Source: Lichenicola sp.
GTDB taxonomy: Bacteria > Pseudomonadota > Alphaproteobacteria > Acetobacterales > Acetobacteraceae
Reading direction: 5' to 3'
Assembly: GCA_965198655.1 (NCBI GenBank)
Contig: OZ240668.1
Span: 3,196,767 to 3,260,766, forward strand
DNA length: 64,000 nucleotides
A program made the translations under genes and the position numbers. Shown piece after piece: positions 25,907 to 35,486 of the stretch; the first letter of the stretch is position 1; every line of letters starts with the position of its first letter. The notes beneath the pieces were generated by a model that worked only from the letters and a program-made list of their open reading frames with translations, was not told where the DNA came from and made no database searches.

Positions 25907-27673
25907 TTGGCCGATCGTTGGAACAGCCTGCCCGCGATGCTGCTGGGCCTCGCCGCCCGACACGGCGACCGGCCGATGCTGCGGCACTGGGGCGCAGGCG
26001 GCTGGCAGCGGACCAGCTGGCGCGACTTCGCCACCGCGGTCGCCGCGGCGGCGTCCGGCCTGCGGGCGCATGGCATCGGTGCCGGCGACCGGGTGCTGCT
26101 GGTCAGCGAGAACCGTCCGGAGCTCCCGATCGCGGAAACGGCGCTGCTGTCGCTCGGTGCTGTCGTGGTGCCGACCTACGTCACCAACACCGTGCGGGAC
26201 GACGCCCACATCCTGCGCGATAGCGGGGCCACGGCTGCGATCGTGTCCAGCGCCGCCCTGGCGACGCGGGTGGGCGAGGCGGCGGGTCCGGGCGCCTTGG
26301 ACCTGCTGGTGTCGATGGAGCCGGCCGACGGGGCGCTGCCGTGGCAGGGGCTGCTCGGGGGTCCCGACGATCCGGCCCGGCTCGCGGCCGACGTCGCGGG
26401 GCTCCGGCCGGGCGACCTCGCCTGCCTGATCTACACCTCCGGCACCGGCGGTGCGCCCAGGGGGGTGATGCTGCCGCATCGCTCCATGCTGGCCAACCAG
26501 CGGGCCATCGCCGAGGTGTTGACGCCGATGCGCCTCGACGGCGAGCGCTACCTGTCGTTCCTGCCGTTGTCGCATTCCTACGAGCACACGGTCGGCAACT
26601 ACATCCTGCCCTCGCTCGGGATGGAGGTGGTGTACAGCCGCGGCGCCGACCGGCTGGCCGCCGAGTTCCGGGAGATCGAGCCGGCCCTGGTCACCGCCGT
26701 GCCGCGCCTGTTCGAGGTGCTGCGCGGCCGCATCACCGCCGAGGTGGCGCGCCAGCCGCAGTGGAAGCGGGCCCTGTTCGCCCGCACGCTCCGGCTCGGC
26801 CTGCAACGGCTCGACGGGCCGCCGCTCACGTTGGCGCAGCGCATCGAGGACCTGGCCCTGGACCGGCTGGTGCGTCAAACGGTGCGTCAGCGCTTCGGCA
26901 GCCGGCTGCAGGCGATCGTGTCCGGCGGCGCGCGGCTCGACCCGGAGCTGTCCGGCTTCTTCCTGGCCCTCGGCGTGCCGCTGCTGCAGGGCTACGGCCA
27001 GACCGAGGCGGGGCCGGTGGTCAGCGTGAACCTGCCCTGGGACAACGACCGCCGCAGCGTCGGCCGGCCGCTGCCGGGGGTGGAGGCGCGCATCGCCGGC
27101 ACTGGCGAGCTGCTGCTGCGCGGCGAGCTGGTGATGGACGGCTACTGGAACGACGCGGCCGGGACGGCGATCCGGCACGATCCCGATACCGACCCGCAAG
27201 GCGAACCTTGGCTGCACACCGGCGACGTGGCGCGGATCGAGCACGGACGGATCGTGATCGAGGACCGGCTGCGCGACGTCATCAAGCTGCTGAACGGCGA
27301 GATGGTCAGCCCGGCCAAGCTGGAAACCCTGCTGATGGGCGAGGATGACATCGTCCAGGCCGTGGTCGCGGGCGAAGGCCGGCACCACGTGGTGGCCCTG
27401 CTGGTGCCGGCCGAGGACGCCGATCCGGCGGCGGCGGTCCGGCGGGTGAACGCGAAGCTGGCCCGGCCGGAGCAGATCCGGCGCTGGGGCGTCATGCCCG
27501 CCGCCACGATCGAGAACGGGCTGCTGACGGCGTCCATGAAGCTCCGCCGCCGCCTGGTGCTGCAGCGACATGCCGCCGAGGTCGACGCGTTGTACGGGTC
27601 GGCGGCTAAGGCCAGGGGCCTTGCCCCTGGACCCCATGAAGGGCGAAGCCCTTCAAACCCGATTCTTAAGTAA
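25907..27673 (+). CDS. AMP-dependent acyl-CoA synthetase/ligase (long-chain-fatty-acid--CoA ligase-like)
   Basis: LIYTSGTGGAPRGVMLPH AMP-binding motif, GYGQTEAGP, TGDVARIE. TTG start at 25907. The last 22 codons lie inside repeat copy C. Confidence 0.8.
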   Translation: MADRWNSLPAMLLGLAARHGDRPMLRHWGAGGWQRTSWRDFATAVAAAASGLRAHGIGAGDRVLLVSENRPELPIAETALLSLGAVVVPTYVTNTVRDDAHILRDSGATAAIVSSAALATRVGEAAGPGALDLLVSMEPADGALPWQGLLGGPDDPARLAADVAGLRPGDLACLIYTSGTGGAPRGVMLPHRSMLANQRAIAEVLTPMRLDGERYLSFLPLSHSYEHTVGNYILPSLGMEVVYSRGADRLAAEFREIEPALVTAVPRLFEVLRGRITAEVARQPQWKRALFARTLRLGLQRLDGPPLTLAQRIEDLALDRLVRQTVRQRFGSRLQAIVSGGARLDPELSGFFLALGVPLLQGYGQTEAGPVVSVNLPWDNDRRSVGRPLPGVEARIAGTGELLLRGELVMDGYWNDAAGTAIRHDPDTDPQGEPWLHTGDVARIEHGRIVIEDRLRDVIKLLNGEMVSPAKLETLLMGEDDIVQAVVAGEGRHHVVALLVPAEDADPAAAVRRVNAKLARPEQIRRWGVMPAATIENGLLTASMKLRRRLVLQRHAAEVDALYGSAAKARGLAPGPHEGRSPSNPILK

Positions 27674-27743
27674 AAGGGGTCTGGGGCCTCCGGCCCCAGC
27701 GGACCGAGCTGCGAAGCAGATCGGTGGGCAGCGCCCTGGACTT
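27608..27743 (-). repeat. composite nested-hairpin repeat, copy C, long form, inverted orientation
   Basis: Reverse complement of the copy F architecture, including the GAGCTGCGAAGCAGATCGGTGGG module. Confidence 0.8.
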
Positions 27744-27831
27744 GCTTCCTGGCCAGGCTGTCAAGACCCCGCCATGCAGCGACTCCGGCAACGATCTGGC
27801 GTCCGACGCCACCGGAACCTATAGTGAACGG

Positions 27832-29973
27832 ATGACGCAGCAGATCGTCATCACCGAGAAGACCAGCCAGGCGAAGGACGTCCGCGCCGCGGTCGGCAAC
27901 CGCTACGGCCCGATCCTGCCGGCGGAGGGTCACCTGTTCGACCTGCTGGAGCCGGAGCAGGTGGAACCGTCCTGGTCGCGCTGGCGCCCGGTGCTGCTTC
28001 GACCGGATGGGCTATACGGCACCAGGCCGGCCGCCGGCGGCAACAAGGCGGCCAAGCTCAAGGCGATCCGCGAGGCGCTGCGCGGCGCGCGCTGCGTCTG
28101 GCTCGCCACCGATTGCGACCGCGAAGGACAACTGATCGGCCAGGAGATCCTGGAGCACTACTGCTACGGCGGCGAGGTGCGCCGGGTGATGTTCACCGCC
28201 CAGGACCCGCAGACGATCCGCGACGCGTTCTCCGCGGCAAAGCCGAACCGGGACTACCTGCCGCTCTACCAGGCGGCGGTCGCGCGGCGGCAGGCGGACC
28301 AGATCTATAACCTGTCGCTGACCCGCACCGCCACCGTGACCCTGTCGCGCGGCGGCCGTGGCGTGATCGGGGTCGGCCGGGTGAAGACGCCGACGCTGGC
28401 GATCGTCTGCCGGCGCGAGGAGGAGATACGCAGCTTCGTGCCGCAGCGCTATCTCGAGGTGGTGGCGACAGCGACCGCGGAAGGCGGACGGTTCCGGATG
28501 CGGCACGCGCCGAAGGATCGCATTGTCGACCGGCGCGTCGCCGAGGCGATCGCCGCTTTGGCGGACGGCGATCGCGGGCCGCTCGCGGTCCGGGTGGAGG
28601 AGAAGCGGCAGGCCCCGCCCCGTCTGCACGACCTGCCGTCGTTGCAGAAGCTGTGTGCCTCACGCTTCGGCTGGACCGCCGCCCACACGCTGGAGGTGGC
28701 GCAGGAGCTGTACGACGGGCAGGGCAAGAAGGTCATCACCTACCCGCGCGCGGAAACCCGCTGCCTGCCGGAAGCCCTGATCGGCGACGTGCCGCACGTC
28801 ATCGCCGGGCTGCGAGCCGGGCAGAGCTTCGCCGCGATCCCGGTGCCCGACCCGCCGGTGATCCGACGCGGCGCTGGCGGCTGCTTCAACGACAAGGGCC
28901 TTGCGGGCGCCAGCCACCACGCGGTGATCCCGAACCGCAACACCATCGACACCCTGCGCGCGGTGTGGCCGCGGCTCGGCGCGGACGAGCGACGCCTGTT
29001 CGACGTGATCGCCCGCTCCTACCTGGCGGCGATGATGCCGGACTTCCGCTACCGCCAGACCACGGCGACGCGGGACGTGGCCGGCCACGCCTTCCGCGCC
29101 GTCGGCCGTCAGCCGATCGCGCTCGGCTGGCGCGCCGCCTATCCCGACTGGCAGCCGGCGGAGGAGACCGGCGAGGACGCGCAGCTGCTGCCCGCCTTGC
29201 GCGACGGCGCGGTCGCGGTCCTGTCCGAGCCTGCGGTCGAGGACAAGGAAACCCGCCCGCCGCCGCGCTACAACGAGGGCACGCTGATCGACGCGATGCA
29301 GAACGCCTGGCGCTTCGTCGCCGACGAGGCGCTGCAGGTCCGGCTGAAGCAGGCCAAGGGCATCGGCACCCCGGCGACGCGTGCCGAGATCCTGCGCGGG
29401 CTCAAGGCGCAGGACCTGCTGGTGGTGGAGAACAAGGCGATCGTGCCGACCGAGCGGGGGCTGGCGCTGCATGCCGTGCTGCGCGAGGCCGACCCGGCTT
29501 TGGTCGATCCGGGCGTCACCGCGCAGCTGGAACGGCTGCTGGACGGAGTACTGGTCGGCGAGACCGCGATGATGGGTGCGATCGACGCGGTCTGCGCGGA
29601 GGCGGAGCGGATCATCGGCCGGCTCACCGCGCACGGCACCGCCGGTCCGGTCGCTCCCCTGCCCGCTGCACGCGCGGCAACCGGCGCCTCGTCGAAGCCG
29701 GGCAAGGCACCCGGGCGGAGCCGGACGTCGCGCAGCGCGACGCCGTCCAAGCGGGTTGAGAAGCCCGGTGCGAAACCCGTTAGACGGACCAGAGCGGCGA
29801 AGGCCGATCCGGCGCGTCGCCAGCCGGACGCGGCATCCGGCGACACTCCCCTGCGCATCCCCTACGGCAACAAGGAGACGGCGCAGAAGCTCGGCGCGCG
29901 CTACCGCGACGGCGGCTGGTACGCGCCACCCGGCATCGACCTGCAGCGGTTCCGCGCGCATGGCTGGCTCTAG
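27832..29973 (+). CDS. topB: DNA topoisomerase III
   Basis: MTQQIVITEKTSQAKD Toprim N-terminus, DCDREGQLIG, YPRAETRCLP active-site Tyr region. Basic C-terminal tail ending in an LRIPYGNKETAQKLGARY..GWY domain. Confidence 0.85.
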   Translation: MTQQIVITEKTSQAKDVRAAVGNRYGPILPAEGHLFDLLEPEQVEPSWSRWRPVLLRPDGLYGTRPAAGGNKAAKLKAIREALRGARCVWLATDCDREGQLIGQEILEHYCYGGEVRRVMFTAQDPQTIRDAFSAAKPNRDYLPLYQAAVARRQADQIYNLSLTRTATVTLSRGGRGVIGVGRVKTPTLAIVCRREEEIRSFVPQRYLEVVATATAEGGRFRMRHAPKDRIVDRRVAEAIAALADGDRGPLAVRVEEKRQAPPRLHDLPSLQKLCASRFGWTAAHTLEVAQELYDGQGKKVITYPRAETRCLPEALIGDVPHVIAGLRAGQSFAAIPVPDPPVIRRGAGGCFNDKGLAGASHHAVIPNRNTIDTLRAVWPRLGADERRLFDVIARSYLAAMMPDFRYRQTTATRDVAGHAFRAVGRQPIALGWRAAYPDWQPAEETGEDAQLLPALRDGAVAVLSEPAVEDKETRPPPRYNEGTLIDAMQNAWRFVADEALQVRLKQAKGIGTPATRAEILRGLKAQDLLVVENKAIVPTERGLALHAVLREADPALVDPGVTAQLERLLDGVLVGETAMMGAIDAVCAEAERIIGRLTAHGTAGPVAPLPAARAATGASSKPGKAPGRSRTSRSATPSKRVEKPGAKPVRRTRAAKADPARRQPDAASGDTPLRIPYGNKETAQKLGARYRDGGWYAPPGIDLQRFRAHGWL

Positions 29974-31084
29974 CGTCGCCGCCGCCGGGACCGGGGGCGA
30001 CACGATCGCGTCGGCTGTGAGCCACGCGCACCGGCGCATCATCCACGTGGACATGGATGCGTTCTACGCCTCGGTCGAGCAGCGCGACGACCCGGCGCTG
30101 CGCGGGCGTCCGGTGGCGGTAGGCGGCGCGCGCGCCCGCGGCGTGGTGGCGGCGGCGAGCTACGAGGCCAGGCGCTACGGCGTGCGCTCGGCGATGCCCT
30201 CGGTCACCGCGCGCCGGCTGTGCCCGGAGCTGGTGTTCGTGCCGCCCCGCTTCGACACCTACAAGGCGGTGTCGCAGCAGGTCCGGGGCATCTTCGAGGC
30301 CTACACCGAGCTGATCCAGCCGCTGTCGCTGGACGAGGCCTATCTCGACGTGACCCGGCCGCTGCGCGACCTGGGCTCCGCCACCGCGATCGCCGCCGAG
30401 ATCCGCGCCCGGATCCGCGCGGAGACCGGACTGACTGCCTCGGCCGGCGTGTCCTACAACAAGTTCCTGGCCAAGCTCGCCTCCGACCAGCGCAAGCCGG
30501 ATGGGCTGTTCGTCATCACCCCGGCGCGGGGCCCGGGCTTCGTGGAGGCGCTGGCGGTGGACCGGTTCCATGGCGTGGGCCCGGTGACGGCGGCGAAGAT
30601 GCGCGGGCTCGGCATCCAGACCGGGCTCGACCTGCGCGGCTGGACGCTGGAGCGCCTGGTGCGGCATTTCGGCAAGGCCGGACCGCACTACCACGCCATC
30701 GCCCGCGGCGAGGACGACCGTCCGGTGGTGACGGACCGGCCGCGCAAGTCGCTGGGCTCCGAGCACACCTTTGCCGCCGACGTGTCGGACTGGGACGGCG
30801 CCCGCGCCGCACTGGAACCCGCGATCGACAAGGTCTGGGCCGGCTACCAGAAGGCCGGGCGGCCGGCGCGCACGGTGACGCTGAAGGTGAAGTTCTCCGA
30901 CTTCCGCATCGTCACCCGGGCGGCCTCGAGCGTGCAGCCCTTCGCCACCCGGACCGCGCTGGCGGAAGCAGCGATCCTGCTGCTGCGCGGGCTGTTCCCG
31001 TTTGAGCGCAGCATCCGGCTGCTGGGGGTCAGCGTCTCGCGCTTCGAGGCGGCGCCCGCCGCGACGCCCGACCTGTTCGGGTGA
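29960..31084 (+). CDS. dinB: DNA polymerase IV
   Basis: RRIIHVDMDAFYASVEQRDDPALRGRPVAVGG, SLDEAYLDV, HGVGPVTAAKM. ATG at 29960 overlaps the topB stop by 14 nt. A later GTG start is possible. Confidence 0.85.
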   Translation: MAGSSVAAAGTGGDTIASAVSHAHRRIIHVDMDAFYASVEQRDDPALRGRPVAVGGARARGVVAAASYEARRYGVRSAMPSVTARRLCPELVFVPPRFDTYKAVSQQVRGIFEAYTELIQPLSLDEAYLDVTRPLRDLGSATAIAAEIRARIRAETGLTASAGVSYNKFLAKLASDQRKPDGLFVITPARGPGFVEALAVDRFHGVGPVTAAKMRGLGIQTGLDLRGWTLERLVRHFGKAGPHYHAIARGEDDRPVVTDRPRKSLGSEHTFAADVSDWDGARAALEPAIDKVWAGYQKAGRPARTVTLKVKFSDFRIVTRAASSVQPFATRTALAEAAILLLRGLFPFERSIRLLGVSVSRFEAAPAATPDLFG

Positions 31085-31252
31085 TCCCCTCACGGGTTCC
31101 GTGAGAAGCCCGGACGTGATATGGACGATGATCACCATAGCGCCGTGGCACCTGGTCCCTTGTCGTCACGTTCCTCGCGTGACGATGGGGAATTCGGTCG
31201 AGCGCACGGTGCCGCGCCCCGGATGCCGGGCGGAGCAGGAGATGGCAGGCCC

Positions 31253-31909
31253 ATGCTGACCAAGACGGCGACAGAGATCCAGGATGACGACCAAGTGGAC
31301 GCCCACCCGATAGCCGTCGACGCGTCGGTCGACGAGGCGGTGTCCACGGAAGCCGAGGACGAGGACGCGTCGGCCGACAGCAGACCGCGTCCCAACCCCG
31401 CACGCAAGCCCCGCGACGACGAGCCGTTCGCGGAAGGCGACCACGTCGTCTACCCGACGCACGGGGTCGGCAAGGTCGAGCGCATCGCCACCGAGGAGAT
31501 CGCCGGCCACAAGCTGGAGCTGATCCACATCACCTTCGAGGAGAACCGGATGACGCTGCGCGTCCCGGTGGCGAAGGCAAAGAGTGCCGGCCTGCGCAAG
31601 CTGGCGACGCGCAAGCTGTTCGACGAGGCGCTGGCGATCCTGAAGGGACGGGCGCGGATCAAGCGCACCATGTGGTCCAGGCGGGCACAGGAATACGAGG
31701 CCAAGATCAACTCGGGCGACCCGCTGGCGATCGCCGAGGTGGTGCGCGATCTGCACCGCAACGCCGGCCAGCCGGACCAGAGCTTCTCCGAGCGGCAGAT
31801 CTACGAGGCGGCGATGGACCGCCTCGCCGCCGAGCTCGGCGCGCTGGAGCGGATCGACAAGAACGCGGCGGCAGTGAAGCTCGCGGAGTATCTTAAGACC
31901 ATCGCCTAG
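31253..31909 (+). CDS. carD: CarD/CdnL family transcriptional regulator with acidic N-terminal extension
   Basis: FAEGDHVVYPTHGVGKVERI...RMTLRVPV...MWSRRAQEYEAKINSGDP...VVRDLHR matches CarD_CdnL. Confidence 0.85.
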   Translation: MLTKTATEIQDDDQVDAHPIAVDASVDEAVSTEAEDEDASADSRPRPNPARKPRDDEPFAEGDHVVYPTHGVGKVERIATEEIAGHKLELIHITFEENRMTLRVPVAKAKSAGLRKLATRKLFDEALAILKGRARIKRTMWSRRAQEYEAKINSGDPLAIAEVVRDLHRNAGQPDQSFSERQIYEAAMDRLAAELGALERIDKNAAAVKLAEYLKTIA

Positions 31910-31917
31910 ACGCGGCG

Positions 31918-32034
31918 AAGGCCAGGGGCTTTGCCCCTGGACCCCATGAAGGGCGGAGCCCTTCAACCCCAATTTCTTAAGTAATGGGGTCTGGGGCCGA
32001 GGCCCCAGCGGGTCCAGGGCAGAGCCCTGGCCTT
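31918..32034 (-). repeat. composite nested-hairpin repeat, copy D, short form, inverted orientation
   Basis: AAGGCCAGGGGCtttGCCCCTGGACCCCATGAAGGGCggaGCCCTTCAA...CTGGGGCCgaGGCCCCAG..GGGTCCAGGGCagaGCCCTGGCCTT, between convergent carD and the PNGase-like gene. Confidence 0.85.
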
Positions 32035-32041
32035 CAGCCTA

Positions 32042-33751
32042 CTAAGGAAGCAGGCCGCCGAGGTCGCACGCGGCGCTGCTGCTCATCGTCGACAGCACGC
32101 TGTTGGTGGACGTCTCATGCCGGGTGACGCAGCCGGTCAGGGTGCTGGCGGACAGGTAGTCCGCGGTGCTGCTGCCGACATGCGACGACACCGATCCGTC
32201 CGCCGCCAGGTCCAGCACGTCGGCCGGCGCCACGGTCTCGCTGATTAGCGAGGCTTCCGCCGGCACTCCGTCCACAAGGCGCGCGGTGCCGTGTTGCAGC
32301 GACTGCCGAACCTGCGTGGTCTGCACGGCGCTGCCGTCGGCGTTGACGATGTAGGCGTAGTGCAGGTCGAGCGGGTAGGAGAAGCTCCGCACCGCGACGG
32401 TCTGCTTGCCGGCGGCGGCGGTGGTCACGGTGCTGATGGTGTCGGTGCGCTGGGTGACGTCCTGGTCGTCCACGCTGGCCGACACGTCGAAGCTCTGGCT
32501 GTTGGAGAACCGTCCGGCCTGCGCCACCGTGGTGGTGACCAGCCCGTGCGAGGTCATCGCGGTGCCGGTGATGGTGTAGTCGTGCTGCGAGGTGGTCAGC
32601 ACGGTGCCGGTGGCGACGCCGTTGTTCTGCGTGATGGTGTTGGTCACCACCGGGGCGGGTGCGGCCAGGGTGTCGCGGGTGACGGCGCCGGACACCCTGC
32701 TGCCGCCGTGGTCGAGGAACAGGTAGAGCGTGCCGGTGACCGAGAAGTACTGGTTCGCACCGGCGACGGACAAGGAGATGGTGTGCGGCCGGCCATCGTC
32801 GATGGCGCCGACGAACGGGGTCAGCTCCACCGAGTAAGGCTTGAACGCCAGGGTCTGCACGCCCGGGATCGGCTCCCAGAGATAGGGGTCGATGCCGCCG
32901 GTGAAGATGAACGGGTAGACCGGCGCCACGCCGGCGGGCATGCCGTCGATCGCCACCTGCCCCTCGCGGAACGCGCCGCCGCCGCAGGTGTCCAGGGTGG
33001 TCGCCAGGGCGTTCGGGACGCAGGTGTACCAGAACTCGTCGCCCTGCTGGCTCTGCAGCAGCACGTCGAGTCGCGCCCGCTCCACGTTGGTCGGCAGCAC
33101 GCCGGTGCGGCTCAGCGACTGCGTGCCGTCGTTCAAGGACACCGTGTCCGCGGTGGGGTCGCTGTTGAGCGGGATCACCAGGTCGGGGGTGGCGGGCGCC
33201 GGGTCGCGGGCGGTGGTGGGATAGAACAGCAGGCTCGATCTGGCGGTGATGGTGCTGGTGTCGGTGCTGTTCTGGTAGTTGGCGATCAGCACGTGGCCGA
33301 CCTGGCTGGACTCCAGCAGGGCGGTGTCGTCGGTGACGTCGCGCTCCACATGCCACGACGGCGCCAGGGCGGCGCGGGGCTCGGCGGTGGTGCCGAACAG
33401 CAGGTTGACCCCGCCCAGGAAGATGGTGGCGGTGCGGTCGTACTGTCGCCCGGCGTCGAGCGAGATGTCGGTGCTCAGCACCACCTTGGCCCAGGGGCCG
33501 GGACAGGCGGCCGGCGGCGTGAAGGTGAACGGCACCGCGCTGGCGCCGAAGCGGGCGTTGCCGAACAGCGTCACCCGGCAGGGCGTCTCGTCCGGATGCG
33601 GCACGCCCGGCTCGATCGGCGCCACGTTGCTGCTGCCGACCGCCGGCTGCGCCAGGGCCGGTCGTGGCAGGGCAGACAGCGGCAGCGCCGACAGCGCGAC
33701 GGCGGACAGCAACAGGATCCGGGTTGGCACGGTCGGGACGCGGTGTCGCAT
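32042..33751 (-). CDS. peptide-N4-(N-acetyl-beta-glucosaminyl)asparagine amidase A (PNGase A)-like secreted protein
   Basis: Signal peptide MRHRVPTVPTRILLLSAVALSALPLSALPRPALA. PWAKVVLS...GRQYDRTATIFLGGVNLLFGTTAEP...SWHVERDVTDDTALL...LFYP follows the PNGase A family pattern. Confidence 0.6.
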   Translation of the reverse strand: MRHRVPTVPTRILLLSAVALSALPLSALPRPALAQPAVGSSNVAPIEPGVPHPDETPCRVTLFGNARFGASAVPFTFTPPAACPGPWAKVVLSTDISLDAGRQYDRTATIFLGGVNLLFGTTAEPRAALAPSWHVERDVTDDTALLESSQVGHVLIANYQNSTDTSTITARSSLLFYPTTARDPAPATPDLVIPLNSDPTADTVSLNDGTQSLSRTGVLPTNVERARLDVLLQSQQGDEFWYTCVPNALATTLDTCGGGAFREGQVAIDGMPAGVAPVYPFIFTGGIDPYLWEPIPGVQTLAFKPYSVELTPFVGAIDDGRPHTISLSVAGANQYFSVTGTLYLFLDHGGSRVSGAVTRDTLAAPAPVVTNTITQNNGVATGTVLTTSQHDYTITGTAMTSHGLVTTTVAQAGRFSNSQSFDVSASVDDQDVTQRTDTISTVTTAAAGKQTVAVRSFSYPLDLHYAYIVNADGSAVQTTQVRQSLQHGTARLVDGVPAEASLISETVAPADVLDLAADGSVSSHVGSSTADYLSASTLTGCVTRHETSTNSVLSTMSSSAACDLGGLLP

Positions 33752-33802
33752 GAGCTGGATCCACATGTTGCAACACGCATCCAAGCACGATCGCCGGCCA
33801 TG

Positions 33803-33836
33803 AAAAAAGCCCCCGATCTCGCGATCGGAGGCTTTT
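33803..33836 (-). terminator. rho-independent terminator (hairpin with flanking A and T runs)
   Basis: AAAAAAGCCCCCGATCtcgcGATCGGAGGCTTTT. On the minus strand this is a GC hairpin followed by a T6 run, directly after the BI-1 stop. Confidence 0.7.
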
Positions 33837-33854
33837 CCGGACCGGATGGGCCGC

Positions 33855-34634
33855 TCAGTTGTTGCTGCTGCGCGTCCCGGTGAGCTGGAGCAGGAAGGTG
33901 AACAGGTTGATGAAGGTCAGGTAGAGGGTCAGCGCGTCGGTGACGCTCTGCTTCGCGGCCCCGTCCACGCCCTGGTAGTAGGCCAGCTGGCCGTAGTTCC
34001 ACTTGATCCGCTGGGTGTCGTAGGCGGTCAGCCCGGTGAAGATCAGCACGCCGAGCACGCTCACCATCAGGTAGAGCCCGGGGCTGTGGGTGAAGATGTT
34101 GACGAAGCTGGCGATGATGATGCCGAACAGGCCCATGAGGAGGAACGAGCCGAACCGGGTCAGGTCGGTCTTGGTGGTGTAGCCCCAGAGGCTCATGGCC
34201 GCGAAGGTGCCAGCGGTGATGAAGAACACCCGGACGATCGACAGGTCGGCGTACACGAAGAACAGGTTGGTCATGCTCAGGCCCATCGCGGCCGAGAACG
34301 CCCAGAACAAGCCCTGCGCCGCCTGCCGCGACAGCCGGTTGATGCCGAAGCTCAGCACCATCACGAAGCCGAGCGGCGCGATCATGGAGACGAAGCCGAG
34401 CATGGTCGGCCGGATCGCCTCCATGCCGTTGGGCAGCGTCACCGTCTGGTGGAATAAGGCGGAGAGCTGGCTGTGGGCGACGCCGTAGGCGATCAGCCCG
34501 GTCAGCACCAGGCCCGACGCCATCCAGTTGTAGACCCGCAGCATGTAGGCACGCAGCCCGAGATCCACGGCGCCGGCCTGGACGCCGATTCCGGTCCTGC
34601 TGGGGGTGGTCCGATAGTCGGGAACGAACGCCAT
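33855..34634 (-). CDS. Bax inhibitor-1/YccA family membrane protein
   Basis: MAFVPDYRTT..., LRAYMLRVYNWMASGL, seven hydrophobic helices, C-terminal LTLYLTFINLFTFLLQL. Only the 3' 260 codons of the 769-aa track ORF are used. Confidence 0.85.
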   Translation of the reverse strand: MAFVPDYRTTPSRTGIGVQAGAVDLGLRAYMLRVYNWMASGLVLTGLIAYGVAHSQLSALFHQTVTLPNGMEAIRPTMLGFVSMIAPLGFVMVLSFGINRLSRQAAQGLFWAFSAAMGLSMTNLFFVYADLSIVRVFFITAGTFAAMSLWGYTTKTDLTRFGSFLLMGLFGIIIASFVNIFTHSPGLYLMVSVLGVLIFTGLTAYDTQRIKWNYGQLAYYQGVDGAAKQSVTDALTLYLTFINLFTFLLQLTGTRSSNN

Positions 34635-34952
34635 GGTCTTCGATTCCTGTGGGACCGGGTGATCCCGGCCGTCCTCAGCTATGTTGGAGGTTCCGCCTGC
34701 CAGGTCAAGGATGACGCCACCGGTCCGGCCCGCGATGGGCGGCCGGCGGCGGCGATTGACCGGCGAAATCGTCGCGGGCACCGTTGCCGGCCGCCGGCGC
34801 CGGTTCCGGCGGGTTTCATCCGGAAGGCAGGTGTCGCTGTTCATGACCAGCGTGCAACACGAGGCCGGGCCGCCGGCGCCGCGGGTCGCGATCATGCTCG
34901 CCGTGCTCGCGGCGGTGATGCTCCTGTTTCCGCGTCGGCCGCCCGCGCGCTG

Positions 34953-35486
34953 ATGCGCCTGTTCGTGGCACTCGACCTGCCCTGGACCCTGCGCGAAACC
35001 CTGTCCGGCCTGTGCGGCGGCCTGTCCGGAGCGCGCTGGACGGCGCCGGAAAACCTGCACCTGACGCTCCGCTTCATCGGCGAGGTCCGTCGCGACCGCG
35101 CCGAGGAGGTGGACCTCGCCCTTCATGCGCTGCGCGGCCGGCGCTTCGAGCTGTCGGTGTCGGGCACCGGCGTGTTCGAGCGCAGCGGCCGGCCCAGCGT
35201 GCTGTGGGCCGGGATCGTCCGGTGCGAGCGCCTCGACCACCTGCAGAACAAGATCGAGACCGCCCTGCAGCGCGCCGGGGTGCCGCCGGAGCGGCGCCGG
35301 TTCCAGCCGCACATCTCGCTGGCCCGGGTGGACGCGGTGGCAGAGCCGTCGCTTGCCGGCTGGGTGCAGAGCCACAACCTGCTTCGCACCAGACCGGTGT
35401 TGATCGACAGCTTCACGCTGTTCAGCTCGCAGCCCGGTCCCGATCAGCCGGTCTACACCGCGGAGGTCGACTATGAACTGGAATGA
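34953..35486 (+). CDS. thpR: RNA 2',3'-cyclic phosphodiesterase (2H / LigT family)
   Basis: MRLFVALDLP, two HxT/S motifs (HLTLRF and HISLAR), 177 aa. Confidence 0.8.
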   Translation: MRLFVALDLPWTLRETLSGLCGGLSGARWTAPENLHLTLRFIGEVRRDRAEEVDLALHALRGRRFELSVSGTGVFERSGRPSVLWAGIVRCERLDHLQNKIETALQRAGVPPERRRFQPHISLARVDAVAEPSLAGWVQSHNLLRTRPVLIDSFTLFSSQPGPDQPVYTAEVDYELE

